The notes: generated from the letters alone by a model not told the origin. A stretch of DNA of 64,000 nucleotides from Agathobacter sp. (GCA_045123895.1 JBGVKW010000059.1:3360-67359); one strand, 5' to 3'. Shown: positions 47,935 through 58,085, numbered from the stretch's first letter. Program-made: numbers and translations.

Positions 47935-49623
47935 ATGGAATTAAAAAAGCTATATACAGATGTACTTATTATAGGTGGTGGTACAGCAGGCTGCTTTGCC
48001 GCTTATACATTAGGTAAGAATAAAAATATTAATGTGCTTATTGCAGAAAAGGCGAATATTAAAAGAAGCGGATGTCTTGCCGCCGGAGTAAATGCGATTA
48101 ATGCATACATAACTGAGGGAAGAAAGCCTCAGGATTATGTGGATTACTGTAAGGCTGATGCAAAGGGAATAGTAAGAGAGGATTTACTTTTATCCTTGTC
48201 AGAAAGATTAAACCATGTGACTGAAGTGATGGAAGCGCTTGGGCTTGTGATTTTAAAGGACGAAAATGGTAAATACGTAACTAGAGGAAACAGGAACATC
48301 AAGATTAATGGTGAAAACATTAAACCGATTCTTGCAGAGGCAGCAGAAAAACAGGAAAATGTCACAGTTTTAAATCATGTAAACATTACAGATTACATAG
48401 TAAAAGACAACAGAATTTATGGAGCCTATGGGTTTGATGTAAATGAAGAAAGGGCGTATGAGATTCATGCCAAAGCAGTTCTTATTGCAACAGGTGGAGC
48501 TGCCGGTCTTTACAGACCAAATAATCCGGGCTTTTCAAGACATAAAATGTGGTATCCGCCATTTAATACCGGAGCTGGATATGCGATGGGAATAAATGCC
48601 GGAGCAGAGATGACTACTTTTGAAATGAGATTTATCGCACTTCGCTGTAAAGACACGATTGCACCAACAGGTACAATTGCGCAGGGTGTACATGCGAAGC
48701 AGATGAATTCAAAGGGACAGATATATGAGACTGACTATGGTATTGCAACCTGTGAGAGATGTTACGGAACTACAAAGGAGAATCAGGAGGGCAGAGGACC
48801 TTGTTATCTGAAAACTGATGAGATTACAAAAGAGCAGGAAAAAGATTTGTACAAGGCATACCTTAACATGGCACCGAGTCAGACTTTAAAATGGCTTGAA
48901 GCTGGAAAAGGTCCATCAGAGCAAAATGTTGAGATTGAGGGAACTGAGCCATATATAGTAGGTGGTCATACAGCAAGTGGTTACTGGGTAGATAATGGCA
49001 GAGCAACCACAATCGAAGGACTTTATGCTGCAGGAGATGTGGCAGGTGGAGCACCACAAAAATATGTAACAGGAGCTTTAGCTGAAGGAGAAATTGCAGC
49101 AGAGTCAATTATAGAATACTTGGAAAATCGAACTAATATTTCTGATGGCCATGAGTTCTTTGCTGATGAAGATAAGCTTTCAGAATATAAGAAGTATTTT
49201 GATAATGAACCTTCATTACTGTCAATTGAACAGGTTGAGGAAACAATGCAAAAAATCATGGACCAGTATGCAGGAGGAATATCAAACAGCTATCAGTTCA
49301 ATGAGAGTCAGCTTGAGCTTGCAGATGAGAAGATAAAAAGTCTTTTTGCGGTGGTTGACAAGCTTCATGCAGACGATATGGATGAGCTGCTTTCAATCTA
49401 TGAAATCAAAGACAGATTAACCTGCTGCCAAACAGTTATCGCACATCTTAAAGCCAGAAAAGAGACAAGATGGCACAGTTTTGCAGAGAATATGGATTAT
49501 CCAAACAGCAGCGACGAATGGCTTAAATACGTAAACTCTGTGAAAAAGGGCGATGATATAGAGATTATTTTTAGAGATTTAGTGACAGGAGGACAGACAT
49601 ATGAGCATAGCAATCAAAAATAA
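47935..49623 (+). CDS. aprA: Adenylylsulfate (APS) reductase flavoprotein alpha subunit
   Basis: GGGTAG, KRSGCLAAG.NAIN, WYPPFNTG, E.RF, TEPYIVGGH, GLYAAGD, RKETRW; start at RBS-supported ATG 47935. Confidence 0.85.
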   Translation: MELKKLYTDVLIIGGGTAGCFAAYTLGKNKNINVLIAEKANIKRSGCLAAGVNAINAYITEGRKPQDYVDYCKADAKGIVREDLLLSLSERLNHVTEVMEALGLVILKDENGKYVTRGNRNIKINGENIKPILAEAAEKQENVTVLNHVNITDYIVKDNRIYGAYGFDVNEERAYEIHAKAVLIATGGAAGLYRPNNPGFSRHKMWYPPFNTGAGYAMGINAGAEMTTFEMRFIALRCKDTIAPTGTIAQGVHAKQMNSKGQIYETDYGIATCERCYGTTKENQEGRGPCYLKTDEITKEQEKDLYKAYLNMAPSQTLKWLEAGKGPSEQNVEIEGTEPYIVGGHTASGYWVDNGRATTIEGLYAAGDVAGGAPQKYVTGALAEGEIAAESIIEYLENRTNISDGHEFFADEDKLSEYKKYFDNEPSLLSIEQVEETMQKIMDQYAGGISNSYQFNESQLELADEKIKSLFAVVDKLHADDMDELLSIYEIKDRLTCCQTVIAHLKARKETRWHSFAENMDYPNSSDEWLKYVNSVKKGDDIEIIFRDLVTGGQTYEHSNQK

Positions 49624-49912
49624 ATCCTGCGTAGGCTGTGGCCGATGCGCCGAGGTTTGTCCGGGAAACCTGATAAAAATCATTGATGGCAGAGCCGTGA
49701 TTAAAAAGCCAAAGGATTGCTGGGGTTGTACATCATGCTTAAAAGAATGTAATACAGGTGCGATACAGTTTTTCCTGGGAGCAGATATCGGTGGAAAAGG
49801 AAGTACACTATCAGTTGAGAAAAAAGGCGACCTTCGAATATGGACTGTTACAGGAATAGATGGAAGCAAACAGACAATAGAAATAAGCGCAAAAGAATCA
49901 AATAAATACTAA
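49601..49912 (+). CDS. aprB: APS reductase Fe-S beta subunit
   Basis: [12 protein letters not shown] and [11 protein letters not shown]; overlaps aprA. Confidence 0.8.
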   Translation: MSIAIKNKSCVGCGRCAEVCPGNLIKIIDGRAVIKKPKDCWGCTSCLKECNTGAIQFFLGADIGGKGSTLSVEKKGDLRIWTVTGIDGSKQTIEISAKESNKY

Positions 49913-49931
49913 GATTTTGGAGGAATTAGAA

Positions 49932-50837
49932 ATGAGTAATTTATCACACTTAGATGAACTCGAAGCGGAAGCTATATATATTATGAGAGAAGTAGCGGCA
50001 GAATGTGAGAAACCGGTAATGCTTTATTCCATAGGAAAAGACAGCTCGGTAATGCTTCATCTGGCACTAAAGGCGTTTTATCCTGAGAGACCACCATTTC
50101 CATTTTTACATGTAAATACAACTTGGAAATTCAAGGAGATGATTGAGTTTAGGGATCATGTGGCAGAAAAATACGGACTTGAGATGCTTGAATATATCAA
50201 TGAAGAAGGCGTTAAGCAAGGAATTAATCCTTTTGACCATGGTTCAGCTTATACAGATATCATGAAGACACATGCATTAAAACAGGCGCTTGATAAATAT
50301 GGATTTACAGCTGCCTTTGGTGGTGGACGAAGAGACGAGGAGAAATCCCGTGCCAAGGAGAGAATTTTCTCATTTAGAAATTCAGCACATGCATGGGACC
50401 CTAAAAACCAGAGACCAGAAATGTGGAAGCTTTTTAATACCAAGCTTTTTAAAGGTGAGGAGGTTCGAGTGTTCCCACTTTCAAACTGGACAGAAAAAGA
50501 TATCTGGCAGTACATACAAAGAGAAAATATTGAGATTCCATCTCTTTATTTTGCAAAAGAAAGACCAGTTATTGAGAGAGACGGAAACATCATCATGGTT
50601 GATGACGACAGATTAAAAGAAAGACTTCTTCCTGGTGAGGAGATTGTAAATAAAAAAGTACGTTTCCGTACACTAGGCTGCTATCCTCTTACAGGAGGTG
50701 TGGAGTCTGATGCAGATACATTAGATGCCATTATTGATGAGACACTCAGTGCTGTTTCAAGTGAGAGAACAACAAGAGTAATTGACAACGAAGCAGCAGG
50801 ATCAATGGAAAGACGTAAACGTGAGGGATACTTCTAG
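49932..50837 (+). CDS. cysD: Sulfate adenylyltransferase subunit 2
   Basis: [42 protein letters not shown]. Confidence 0.96.
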   Translation: MSNLSHLDELEAEAIYIMREVAAECEKPVMLYSIGKDSSVMLHLALKAFYPERPPFPFLHVNTTWKFKEMIEFRDHVAEKYGLEMLEYINEEGVKQGINPFDHGSAYTDIMKTHALKQALDKYGFTAAFGGGRRDEEKSRAKERIFSFRNSAHAWDPKNQRPEMWKLFNTKLFKGEEVRVFPLSNWTEKDIWQYIQRENIEIPSLYFAKERPVIERDGNIIMVDDDRLKERLLPGEEIVNKKVRFRTLGCYPLTGGVESDADTLDAIIDETLSAVSSERTTRVIDNEAAGSMERRKREGYF

Positions 50838-50851
50838 AAAGGGGAATAAAA

Positions 50852-52489
50852 ATGCAGTTACTTAAATTTATTACATGTGGAAGCGTGGATGACGGAAAGT
50901 CAACACTTATAGGACATATATTATACGATTCAAAGCTTTTATACGCAGATCAGGAAAAGGCTTTGGAATTAGATTCAAAGGTAGGAAGCCGTGAGGGTAA
51001 AATCGATTACTCACTTCTTCTCGATGGACTTATGGCAGAGCGTGAGCAGGGTATCACAATCGATGTTGCCTACAGATATTTTACAACAGACAACAGAAGC
51101 TTTATCGTAGCAGATACTCCTGGACATGAAGAATATACAAGAAACATGGCTGTAGGAGCATCATTTGCAGATTTATCAATTATTCTTATCGATGCAAAAC
51201 AGGGAGTGCTTGTTCAGACAAAGCGTCACGCAAGAATCTGTGCTCTTATGGGTATAAAATACTTTGTTTTTGCAGTAAATAAAATGGACCTTGTTGACTA
51301 TAGCCAGAGTCGTTTTGATGAAATTGAAGAACAGATTAATGCACTCAAAGAAGAACTGGGACTTGAAAATGTAGTTATCATTCCTGTATCAGCAACTGAG
51401 GGAGATAATGTAACAAAGCGTTCAGATAGAATTGACTGGTATAAAGGACCTGTTTTATTGGAATACTTAGAACAGGTGGACATAAAGGAGAACAGTCGTG
51501 AAAAAGGCTTCTATATGCCTGTACAGAGAGTATGCCGTCCAAATCATACTTTTAGAGGTTTTCAGGGACAGATTGAAAATGGAAGCATTAAAGTAGGCGA
51601 TGAAATCACAACTTTACCAAGCAACGAAAAAGCTAAAGTAAAGAGTCTTTATGTAGCATCAACAGAAGTGGTTGAAGCATCTGAAGGCCAGCCGGTAACT
51701 ATTCAGCTAGACCGTGAGGTGGATGTTTCAAGAGGCTGTGTTTTTACTGTTGATTCAGGAGTATCGGTTACAAATTCTGTTGAGGCAACACTTCTTTGGA
51801 TGGATGACGTGGAGCTTCTTGAGGGAAAGAACTTTTTTGTTAAGCTTGGAACAAAGCTTATCCCGGGAACTGTTACCAAGATAAATCACACAATTGATGT
51901 AAACACAGGAGAGAAGAAAGAGACAACAACTCTGAGTAAAAACGAGATTGCAAGATGCGAAATTCTCTTTGCTGATTCAATAGTAGTTGATTTATTTGAG
52001 AATCATAAAGCACTTGGTGAGCTTATTCTTATAGACCGAGTTACTAACATGACAGCAGCCTGCGGTGTTGTTACAGAGCTTAGAAAAAATAACACAGATC
52101 TTGGAAGTGAAATTGACAGGGAAGCAAGAAGCAACTGGAAGAGTCAGCGTTCAGTGACAGTAGAATTTAATATTGGAAAAAATGGCGTCACACATGATTT
52201 TGTTGCAAAAGTTGAAAAGGCACTTAGCAACGAGGGAAGACACACATACCTTTACGAGCCAAAGAAGGCAGATGATGTCAAGCTGGTTGTAGAGCATCTG
52301 AATAATGCTGGTATAGTTGTCCTTCTTGCAGCAAACGAAGATGTAGATACATCTGTATTTAATGAGACGAGAACTTATTACAGTAATTGGATTGAAAAGG
52401 AAGACATTACTGTAGAAGAGGCAGTAGATTATGTGTATAAGGTTTCAGGAATACATGGAGAAGTGTCTACTGTAGGAGATTATATTTAG
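50852..52489 (+). CDS. cysN: Sulfate adenylyltransferase subunit 1 (GTPase) with degenerate CysC-like tail
   Basis: CGSVDDGKST, EREQGITIDVAYRYF, DTPGH, NKMD. Confidence 0.95.
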   Translation: MQLLKFITCGSVDDGKSTLIGHILYDSKLLYADQEKALELDSKVGSREGKIDYSLLLDGLMAEREQGITIDVAYRYFTTDNRSFIVADTPGHEEYTRNMAVGASFADLSIILIDAKQGVLVQTKRHARICALMGIKYFVFAVNKMDLVDYSQSRFDEIEEQINALKEELGLENVVIIPVSATEGDNVTKRSDRIDWYKGPVLLEYLEQVDIKENSREKGFYMPVQRVCRPNHTFRGFQGQIENGSIKVGDEITTLPSNEKAKVKSLYVASTEVVEASEGQPVTIQLDREVDVSRGCVFTVDSGVSVTNSVEATLLWMDDVELLEGKNFFVKLGTKLIPGTVTKINHTIDVNTGEKKETTTLSKNEIARCEILFADSIVVDLFENHKALGELILIDRVTNMTAACGVVTELRKNNTDLGSEIDREARSNWKSQRSVTVEFNIGKNGVTHDFVAKVEKALSNEGRHTYLYEPKKADDVKLVVEHLNNAGIVVLLAANEDVDTSVFNETRTYYSNWIEKEDITVEEAVDYVYKVSGIHGEVSTVGDYI

Positions 52490-52500
52490 AGGTAAACAGC

Positions 52501-53400
52501 ATGTATGATGTTTTAATTATCGGCAGTGGTCCAGCAGGACTATCTGCCGCAATTTATTCAAAAAGAGCAAATTTAAAAGTAGCAGTTCTTGAAAAAGAAT
52601 ATGCGGGAACAGGACAGATTGCAGAGAGTGAAAAAGTTGATAACTATCCGGGATTTTCTGAGATAAGTGGTTATGATCTGGGAGAAAAATTCAGAGAACA
52701 TGCACTAAGACTGGAGGTCCCTTTCATCGAGCATGAGGCAGTAAAAATAGAAAAAAATCAGGATAAAATCTGGGAAGTAAGTCTTGAAAACAAGGAAAAG
52801 CTTTATGCAAAAACAATCATCTATGCAACAGGTGCCTCTCCAAGAAAGCTTGGTGTAAAAGGAGAAGAGCAGCTTCTTGGAAAAGGGATTTCATTTTGTG
52901 CAGTATGTGATGGAGCCTTTTATAAAGATAAAACTGTTGCAGTAATCGGTGGAGGAAATACAGCAGTAGATGATGCTCTTTTACTCTCGGACATTGCACA
53001 GAAGGTATATCTGATTCACAGAAGAGATGAATTTAGAGCATCAAAAAAAACAGTAGAACTGGTAAAGCAAAAAGAAAATGTAGAAATTATCCTTAATGCT
53101 TCTGTAAAAGAAGTTGAGGGAGAAAAGCTTGTAACAGGAATTGTCTTAGAAGATGGAAGAAAAATAGAAGTTTCAGGTATTTTTGAAGCTATCGGACAGG
53201 CACCGTCAACGAAGCTGATTTCGACACTTACCTCACTGGATGAAAGTGGATATGTAGTAGCAGATGAGGATGGAAAAACTGACAACGAGGGATTATTTGT
53301 GGCAGGCGATGTACGAACCAAGAAACTTCGTCAGGTTGTGACAGCAGTATCCGACGGAGCCAATGCTGTTTCAAGCGTAGAGGAGTATTTGTATTCATAA
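52501..53400 (+). CDS. trxB: Thioredoxin-disulfide reductase
   Basis: GSGPAG, CAVCDG, GGGNTA, AGD. Confidence 0.9.
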   Translation: MYDVLIIGSGPAGLSAAIYSKRANLKVAVLEKEYAGTGQIAESEKVDNYPGFSEISGYDLGEKFREHALRLEVPFIEHEAVKIEKNQDKIWEVSLENKEKLYAKTIIYATGASPRKLGVKGEEQLLGKGISFCAVCDGAFYKDKTVAVIGGGNTAVDDALLLSDIAQKVYLIHRRDEFRASKKTVELVKQKENVEIILNASVKEVEGEKLVTGIVLEDGRKIEVSGIFEAIGQAPSTKLISTLTSLDESGYVVADEDGKTDNEGLFVAGDVRTKKLRQVVTAVSDGANAVSSVEEYLYS

Positions 53401-53685
53401 ACTTTTCACTTATATATGATTTGTTGAGGGATGGACAGAAAGGCAGCCGGGACCCCTTATTATCTATATTTTTGACGAGCCGTGTGCAAGTTATATGCTG
53501 ATTATCAGCTTATGATTGCCCGGGAAAGCCTCGTTTAAGCGTAGCGCGTTTTGGCTTTCCCGCGGCATAATAAACATAGCTGATAACAGCATTTACTTGC
53601 ACTAGGCTAAGGAAACTTTATAGATAATAAGGGGTCCCGGCTGCGTTTCAGTCCGTCCCTATATAAAAATATAAGTGACAAGTTT
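53399..53685. repeat. ~285-bp nested imperfect palindrome (long hairpin element)
   Basis: 42-bp arms 53427-53468 / 53619-53660 with 3 mismatches, plus inner and outer paired blocks. Confidence 0.85.
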
Positions 53686-53687
53686 GT

Positions 53688-53787
53688 TATAAATAATATT
53701 TATAACTCATCATAAGTAAACAGTATTGGACGAAGGAAAAAATATGTCCTATAATTCTATACAGATAAAACCCATAGAGATACTAGG
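53688..53787 (+). promoter_or_regulatory. metY operon promoter with the same two motifs as the sulfate operon
   Basis: TATAA-N7-TTATA 53688-704; TTGGAC 53726-31, 18 bp, TATAAT 53750-55; CCCA-N9-TAGG 53771-87. Confidence 0.6.
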
Positions 53788-53807
53788 AAATGTAAAGAGA
53801 GGGAAAT

Positions 53808-55040
53808 ATGAATTTTAACACTAGTTTATTACATGCTGGTGTAGACAGGAATGAATGCAAAGGAGCGACCCTTACTCCTATCTATCAGTCAAGTGCATTT
53901 GAACAGTCCACGGCAGCAGATTTGGAAAATATTTTTAATAATAAATCTCCGGGATACTGTTATACACGAGTAGGTAATCCAACAATTACTGCTTTTGAAA
54001 ACAGAATCACAAAGCTTGAGAATGGAGTGGCAACTATAGCGTGCGCTTCAGGAATGGCAGCAATATTTAATTCCATTACCAATATTGTTCAAAGCGGAAA
54101 TGAGATTATCTCAAGTGCCAGTCTCTATGGTGGAACGATAGATTTGTTTACAGATTTGGAGGCTTTTGGAATCACAACCAGATATGTCGAGAACAACAAC
54201 TGGGAGGAGATAGAAGCAGCCTTTAATGAAAATACCAGAGCTTTTTTTGCAGAGACAATTGGAAATCCAAGACTTGATGTAACTGATGTAGAAAAGCTTG
54301 CGGATATCTGTCATAAGCATAATGTTCCACTTATTGTAGACAATACAGTTGCAACTGCTTATCTTTATAAGCCATTAGAGCACGGAGCTGACATCGTAGT
54401 AAATTCTTCTTCCAAATATATAAACGGAAGCAGTAACTCAATCAGCGGAGTGTTGACGGATTCCGGTAAGTTCAAATGGGATAAGGAAAAATATCCGCTT
54501 TTGGCACCATATGCAAAATTCGGACCATTTGCTTTTACAGCAAAGCTTCGCAATGGATTATTTAGAAATACAGGTGCCTGTCTGGCACCGCAGAATGCAT
54601 TTTTAAATCAGCTGGGACTTGAAACTTTGGGACTTCGAATGGAAAGACAGTGTAGTAATGCAATAAAATTGGCGAGCTGGTTAGACAGTGAATATCCGGA
54701 ATTTGAAGTGAATTTTCCGGGATTAAAGAGCAGTCCGTGGTATGAAATAGCAGACAGACAGTTTAAGAATGGATATGGTGCAATCATTACTTTAAGAGTA
54801 AAGACCAAGGAAAATGCATTTAAGCTTATTGATAATCTAAAGATTGCGTACAAGCTATCCAATATTGGAGATACCAAAACACTGGTAATTCATCCAGCAT
54901 CAACCATCAGTCTTCACAGCACGAAAAAGCAGCAGGAAGAGGCAGGAGTATTTGATGATCTTATCAGAATAAGTGTTGGTATAGAAGATGTGGATGATTT
55001 GATCGAAGATTTTAAACAGGCCATTTTGAAATTGAATTAG
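53808..55040 (+). CDS. metY: O-acetylhomoserine sulfhydrylase (PLP, Cys/Met metabolism family)
   Basis: PIYQSS, YTRVGNPT, LYGGT, VDNT, SSSKYING, IHPAST, RISVGIEDVDDLIEDF. Confidence 0.85.
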   Translation: MNFNTSLLHAGVDRNECKGATLTPIYQSSAFEQSTAADLENIFNNKSPGYCYTRVGNPTITAFENRITKLENGVATIACASGMAAIFNSITNIVQSGNEIISSASLYGGTIDLFTDLEAFGITTRYVENNNWEEIEAAFNENTRAFFAETIGNPRLDVTDVEKLADICHKHNVPLIVDNTVATAYLYKPLEHGADIVVNSSSKYINGSSNSISGVLTDSGKFKWDKEKYPLLAPYAKFGPFAFTAKLRNGLFRNTGACLAPQNAFLNQLGLETLGLRMERQCSNAIKLASWLDSEYPEFEVNFPGLKSSPWYEIADRQFKNGYGAIITLRVKTKENAFKLIDNLKIAYKLSNIGDTKTLVIHPASTISLHSTKKQQEEAGVFDDLIRISVGIEDVDDLIEDFKQAILKLN

Positions 55041-55076
55041 ATAGTTATTGGAAAGTTAAGGAGGAATAAAGGAATT

Positions 55077-55970
55077 ATGGCAGATAATAACGTGGAAAAG
55101 AAGAAAGTTGATTATGCTTCGTTAAAAAAAGGTGGATTCATGAGACAGAAACAGAAAAATAATTTTTCGCTTCGTCTTGCAGTTGTTGGAGGAAATATGA
55201 CAGCAGAGCAGCTTAAGGTTGTGGCAGATGTGGCAGAAAAATATGGACATGGATATGTGCACATGACATCACGCCAGAGTGTCGAAATTCCATTTATTCA
55301 ATTTGATGATGTGGAAGATGTTAGAGATGTACTGGCCCAGGGTGGTGTTAAGCCGGGTGTTTGTGGACCAAGAGTAAGAACAGTTACAGCCTGTCAGGGC
55401 TCAGAGATTTGTCCTAGTGGATGTATTGATACATATACTCTTGCAAAGGAATTTGACGAGAGATACTTTGGAAGAGAGCTTCCACATAAGTTTAAGTTTG
55501 GTGTAACAGGATGCCAGAACAACTGTCTTAAGACCGAAGAAAATGATTTCGGAGTAAAGGGTGGAATGGTTGTAAACTGTGATACTGAAAGCTGTATCGG
55601 TTGTAGTGTATGTGCTAAGGCATGTCGTGAAGGTGCCATCAGTATGGTAGATGGAAAACCTGTATTAGAGGAGAGCAAATGTAATAATTGTGCAAGATGT
55701 GTTAAGAGCTGTCCTGTAGATGCATGGAAAGGCGAGCCGGGATATATCGTATCCTTTGGTGGAACATTTGGAAACAAGATTTATAAGGGAGAAGAACTTC
55801 TTCCAATCATAAAAGATAAAGAGACATTATTTAGAGTTGCAGATGCTGCAATAGGATTTTTTGAAGATTATGCAAACGCAGGAGAGAGATTTAGAGCAAC
55901 ACTTCAAAGAGTTGGAGATGATGAGTTAAAGAAAAGAGTTCAGGCAGCATACGAAGGAAAAGCAGTTTAA
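55077..55970 (+). CDS. Half-size siroheme sulfite reductase with 2x[4Fe-4S] ferredoxin insertion (AsrC/Sir-like)
   Basis: HMTSRQ, CQGSEIC (C-X5-C), KFKFGVTGCQNNC (C-X3-C), CIGCSVCAKAC, CNNCARCVKSC. Confidence 0.88.
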   Translation: MADNNVEKKKVDYASLKKGGFMRQKQKNNFSLRLAVVGGNMTAEQLKVVADVAEKYGHGYVHMTSRQSVEIPFIQFDDVEDVRDVLAQGGVKPGVCGPRVRTVTACQGSEICPSGCIDTYTLAKEFDERYFGRELPHKFKFGVTGCQNNCLKTEENDFGVKGGMVVNCDTESCIGCSVCAKACREGAISMVDGKPVLEESKCNNCARCVKSCPVDAWKGEPGYIVSFGGTFGNKIYKGEELLPIIKDKETLFRVADAAIGFFEDYANAGERFRATLQRVGDDELKKRVQAAYEGKAV

Positions 55971-55997
55971 TAAAAATGAAATGAGAGGAATAGAAAA

Positions 55998-56249
55998 ATG
56001 GCAGATTTAGATTTTAAAATAGATGATGAGGTGGATATCACAGATAAGGTTTGTCCACTTACTTTTGTAAAAGCGAAGGTTACACTTGATGAATTAGATG
56101 ACGGAGAGGTGCTCGCAATCAGAATGAATGATGGAGAGCCGGTACAGAATGTTCCAAGAAGTATAAAAGAGGAGGGACATCAGATTCTTAAGTTAGCAGA
56201 CAACGAAGATGGAACTTATACACTTTATGTGAGAAAGGTGGAAGATTAG
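55998..56249 (+). CDS. TusA/SirA family sulfurtransferase
   Basis: VDITDKVCPLTFVKAK, DGEVL. Confidence 0.9.
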   Translation: MADLDFKIDDEVDITDKVCPLTFVKAKVTLDELDDGEVLAIRMNDGEPVQNVPRSIKEEGHQILKLADNEDGTYTLYVRKVED

Positions 56250-56250
56250 T

Positions 56251-56568
56251 ATGGCAGCAAGAATTTCAGGAGATGAATTTGAGGCAAAAGTAATAAATGC
56301 TGATAAGCCGGTTCTTGTAGATTTTTACTCAGATTCCTGTGTGGCATGTAAAAGACTTGCACCGGTGCTTGGACAGGCTGAGGATGATTTTGAAGACAGT
56401 ATTTATGTTTATAAGGTAAATACCAATTTTGATGCTGAACTGGCACAGAAATATGAGATAACAGCAAATCCTACACTTTTATTTGTAAAAGGCGGACAGG
56501 TGATAGACAGAAAGGTCGGAGCATTAAGACCTGATGAATTGAATTCATGGATTGAAGAAAATATTTAA
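56251..56568 (+). CDS. Thioredoxin family protein
   Basis: VLVDFYSDSCVACK, ANPTLLF. Confidence 0.85.
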   Translation: MAARISGDEFEAKVINADKPVLVDFYSDSCVACKRLAPVLGQAEDDFEDSIYVYKVNTNFDAELAQKYEITANPTLLFVKGGQVIDRKVGALRPDELNSWIEENI

Positions 56569-56589
56569 TTTAGAAAAAGGAGATATATC

Positions 56590-56796
56590 ATGACTATTAC
56601 AGTTGCAGGTGTAAAAAAAGAATATAAGGATGGACTTACTCTTCCTGAGTTAATTGAGGCAGAAAATGTTGAGATGCCAGAGTATGTTTCAGTTTCTATT
56701 AATGAAGAATTCGTTGAGAGTGACAAGAAGGAGAGCACTGTTTTAAAAGAGGGAGACAATGTTGAATTCTTATACTTCATGGGAGGAGGACAGTAA
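56590..56796 (+). CDS. ThiS/HcyS-like sulfur carrier with capped C-terminus (..MGGGQ)
   Basis: Ubiquitin-fold size; LKEGDNVEFLYFMGGGQ. Confidence 0.9.
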   Translation: MTITVAGVKKEYKDGLTLPELIEAENVEMPEYVSVSINEEFVESDKKESTVLKEGDNVEFLYFMGGGQ

Positions 56797-56798
56797 AA

Positions 56799-57635
56799 AT
56801 GGCAATGACAGATGAACAGATTGAACGTTATTCACGCCATATCATCTTAAAAGAAGTCGGAGCAAAAGGGCAGAAAAAGCTTTTAAATGCAAAGGTTCTT
56901 ATTATTGGTGCAGGCGGACTTGGAGCACCGGCAGCTATGTATCTTGCTGCGGCAGGTGTTGGAACAATTGGAATTGTTGATGCAGATGAGGTTGACCTTT
57001 CTAATTTACAGAGACAGATTATTCACGGAACTAACGATATAGGAAAGGCAAAAGTAAAATCAGCAAAAGAGACAATTAATGCAATGAATCCTGATGTGAC
57101 AGTTAATACATACAGAATGTTCGTGGATTCTACAAATATCAGAGAGCTTATCAGAGAATACGATTTTGTAATTGATGGAACAGACAATTTCCCAGCCAAG
57201 TTCCTTATAAATGATGCCTGTGTAATGGAGAAAAAACCATTTTCACATGCCGGTATCATTCGTTTCAAGGGACAGCTTATGACGTATGTGCCAGGAGAAG
57301 GCCCATGCTACAGATGTGTATTTAAAAATCCACCACCAAAGGATGCAGTTCCAACATGTAAGCAGGCCGGTGTAATCGGAGCAATGGGAGGAGTGATTGG
57401 CTCACTTCAGGCTATGGAAGCAATTAAATACATAATAGGAGTAGGTGAGCTATTAACAGGAAAGCTTCTTACATATGATGCGCTTACAATGGAATTTCAC
57501 ACAGTTAAGCTTCCGAAGAACACAAGTGGATGTGCAGTCTGTGGAGACAATCCTACTATCGTTGAGCTTATTGATTACGAGCAGGAGGTTTGTGAGGAGA
57601 CTGCAGGAAGGTTTGAGCAAAGAGACAAACAGTAA
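56799..57635 (+). CDS. ThiF/MoeB/HcyF-like adenylyltransferase (E1-like)
   Basis: RYSRH, GAGGLG, SNLQRQ, PCYRC, CAVC. Confidence 0.93.
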   Translation: MAMTDEQIERYSRHIILKEVGAKGQKKLLNAKVLIIGAGGLGAPAAMYLAAAGVGTIGIVDADEVDLSNLQRQIIHGTNDIGKAKVKSAKETINAMNPDVTVNTYRMFVDSTNIRELIREYDFVIDGTDNFPAKFLINDACVMEKKPFSHAGIIRFKGQLMTYVPGEGPCYRCVFKNPPPKDAVPTCKQAGVIGAMGGVIGSLQAMEAIKYIIGVGELLTGKLLTYDALTMEFHTVKLPKNTSGCAVCGDNPTIVELIDYEQEVCEETAGRFEQRDKQ

Positions 57636-57650
57636 TTAGAGGGATAAAAA

Positions 57651-58085
57651 ATGGGAATAATCAGAATTGAGTATCATCTGTATGATGATATTGTAAGATA
57701 TGCAAAGGAAAATCTTCCCGAGGAGGCTTGCGGACTTATTGCAGGAATAGAGGATGAAGAAGGAAACTGTGAAATCAAAAAAGTATATTTTCTTGAGAAC
57801 ACAGACCACTCCAACGAGCATTTTACACTAAGTCCCAAGGATCAGATGACAGCAATAAAGGATATGAGGGAGAATTCCCTCAAACCTTTAGGCAACTGGC
57901 ATTCTCACCCAGAGTCTCCATCAAGACCATCAGTAGAAGATGTTAAGCTTGCATATGACAAGAATGCAAGGTATCTGATTTTATCATTGATGGCTGAGAA
58001 TCCTGTTCTTAATGCTTTCCATATTGAAAACGGAGAATGGGAAAAAGAAGATTTACGAATTTATTCAAAAGAATATTTTTTCTAG
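57651..58085 (+). CDS. JAB/MPN+ (M67) metalloprotease, HcyD/Mec-like
   Basis: PEEACG, WHSHP...PS.ED. Confidence 0.92.
   Translation: MGIIRIEYHLYDDIVRYAKENLPEEACGLIAGIEDEEGNCEIKKVYFLENTDHSNEHFTLSPKDQMTAIKDMRENSLKPLGNWHSHPESPSRPSVEDVKLAYDKNARYLILSLMAENPVLNAFHIENGEWEKEDLRIYSKEYFF

Noticed and set aside
47935-55970. Dissimilatory sulfate reduction
   Set aside because: No sat, qmo, dsrAB or dsrC in the window; the ABC importer, CysDN and MetY context is assimilatory.
56590-57635. Thiamine or molybdopterin biosynthesis (thiS/thiF, moaD/moeB)
   Set aside because: No thiG/thiH or moaE neighbours; the capped carrier plus JAB plus MetY fits the Hcy-type pathway better.
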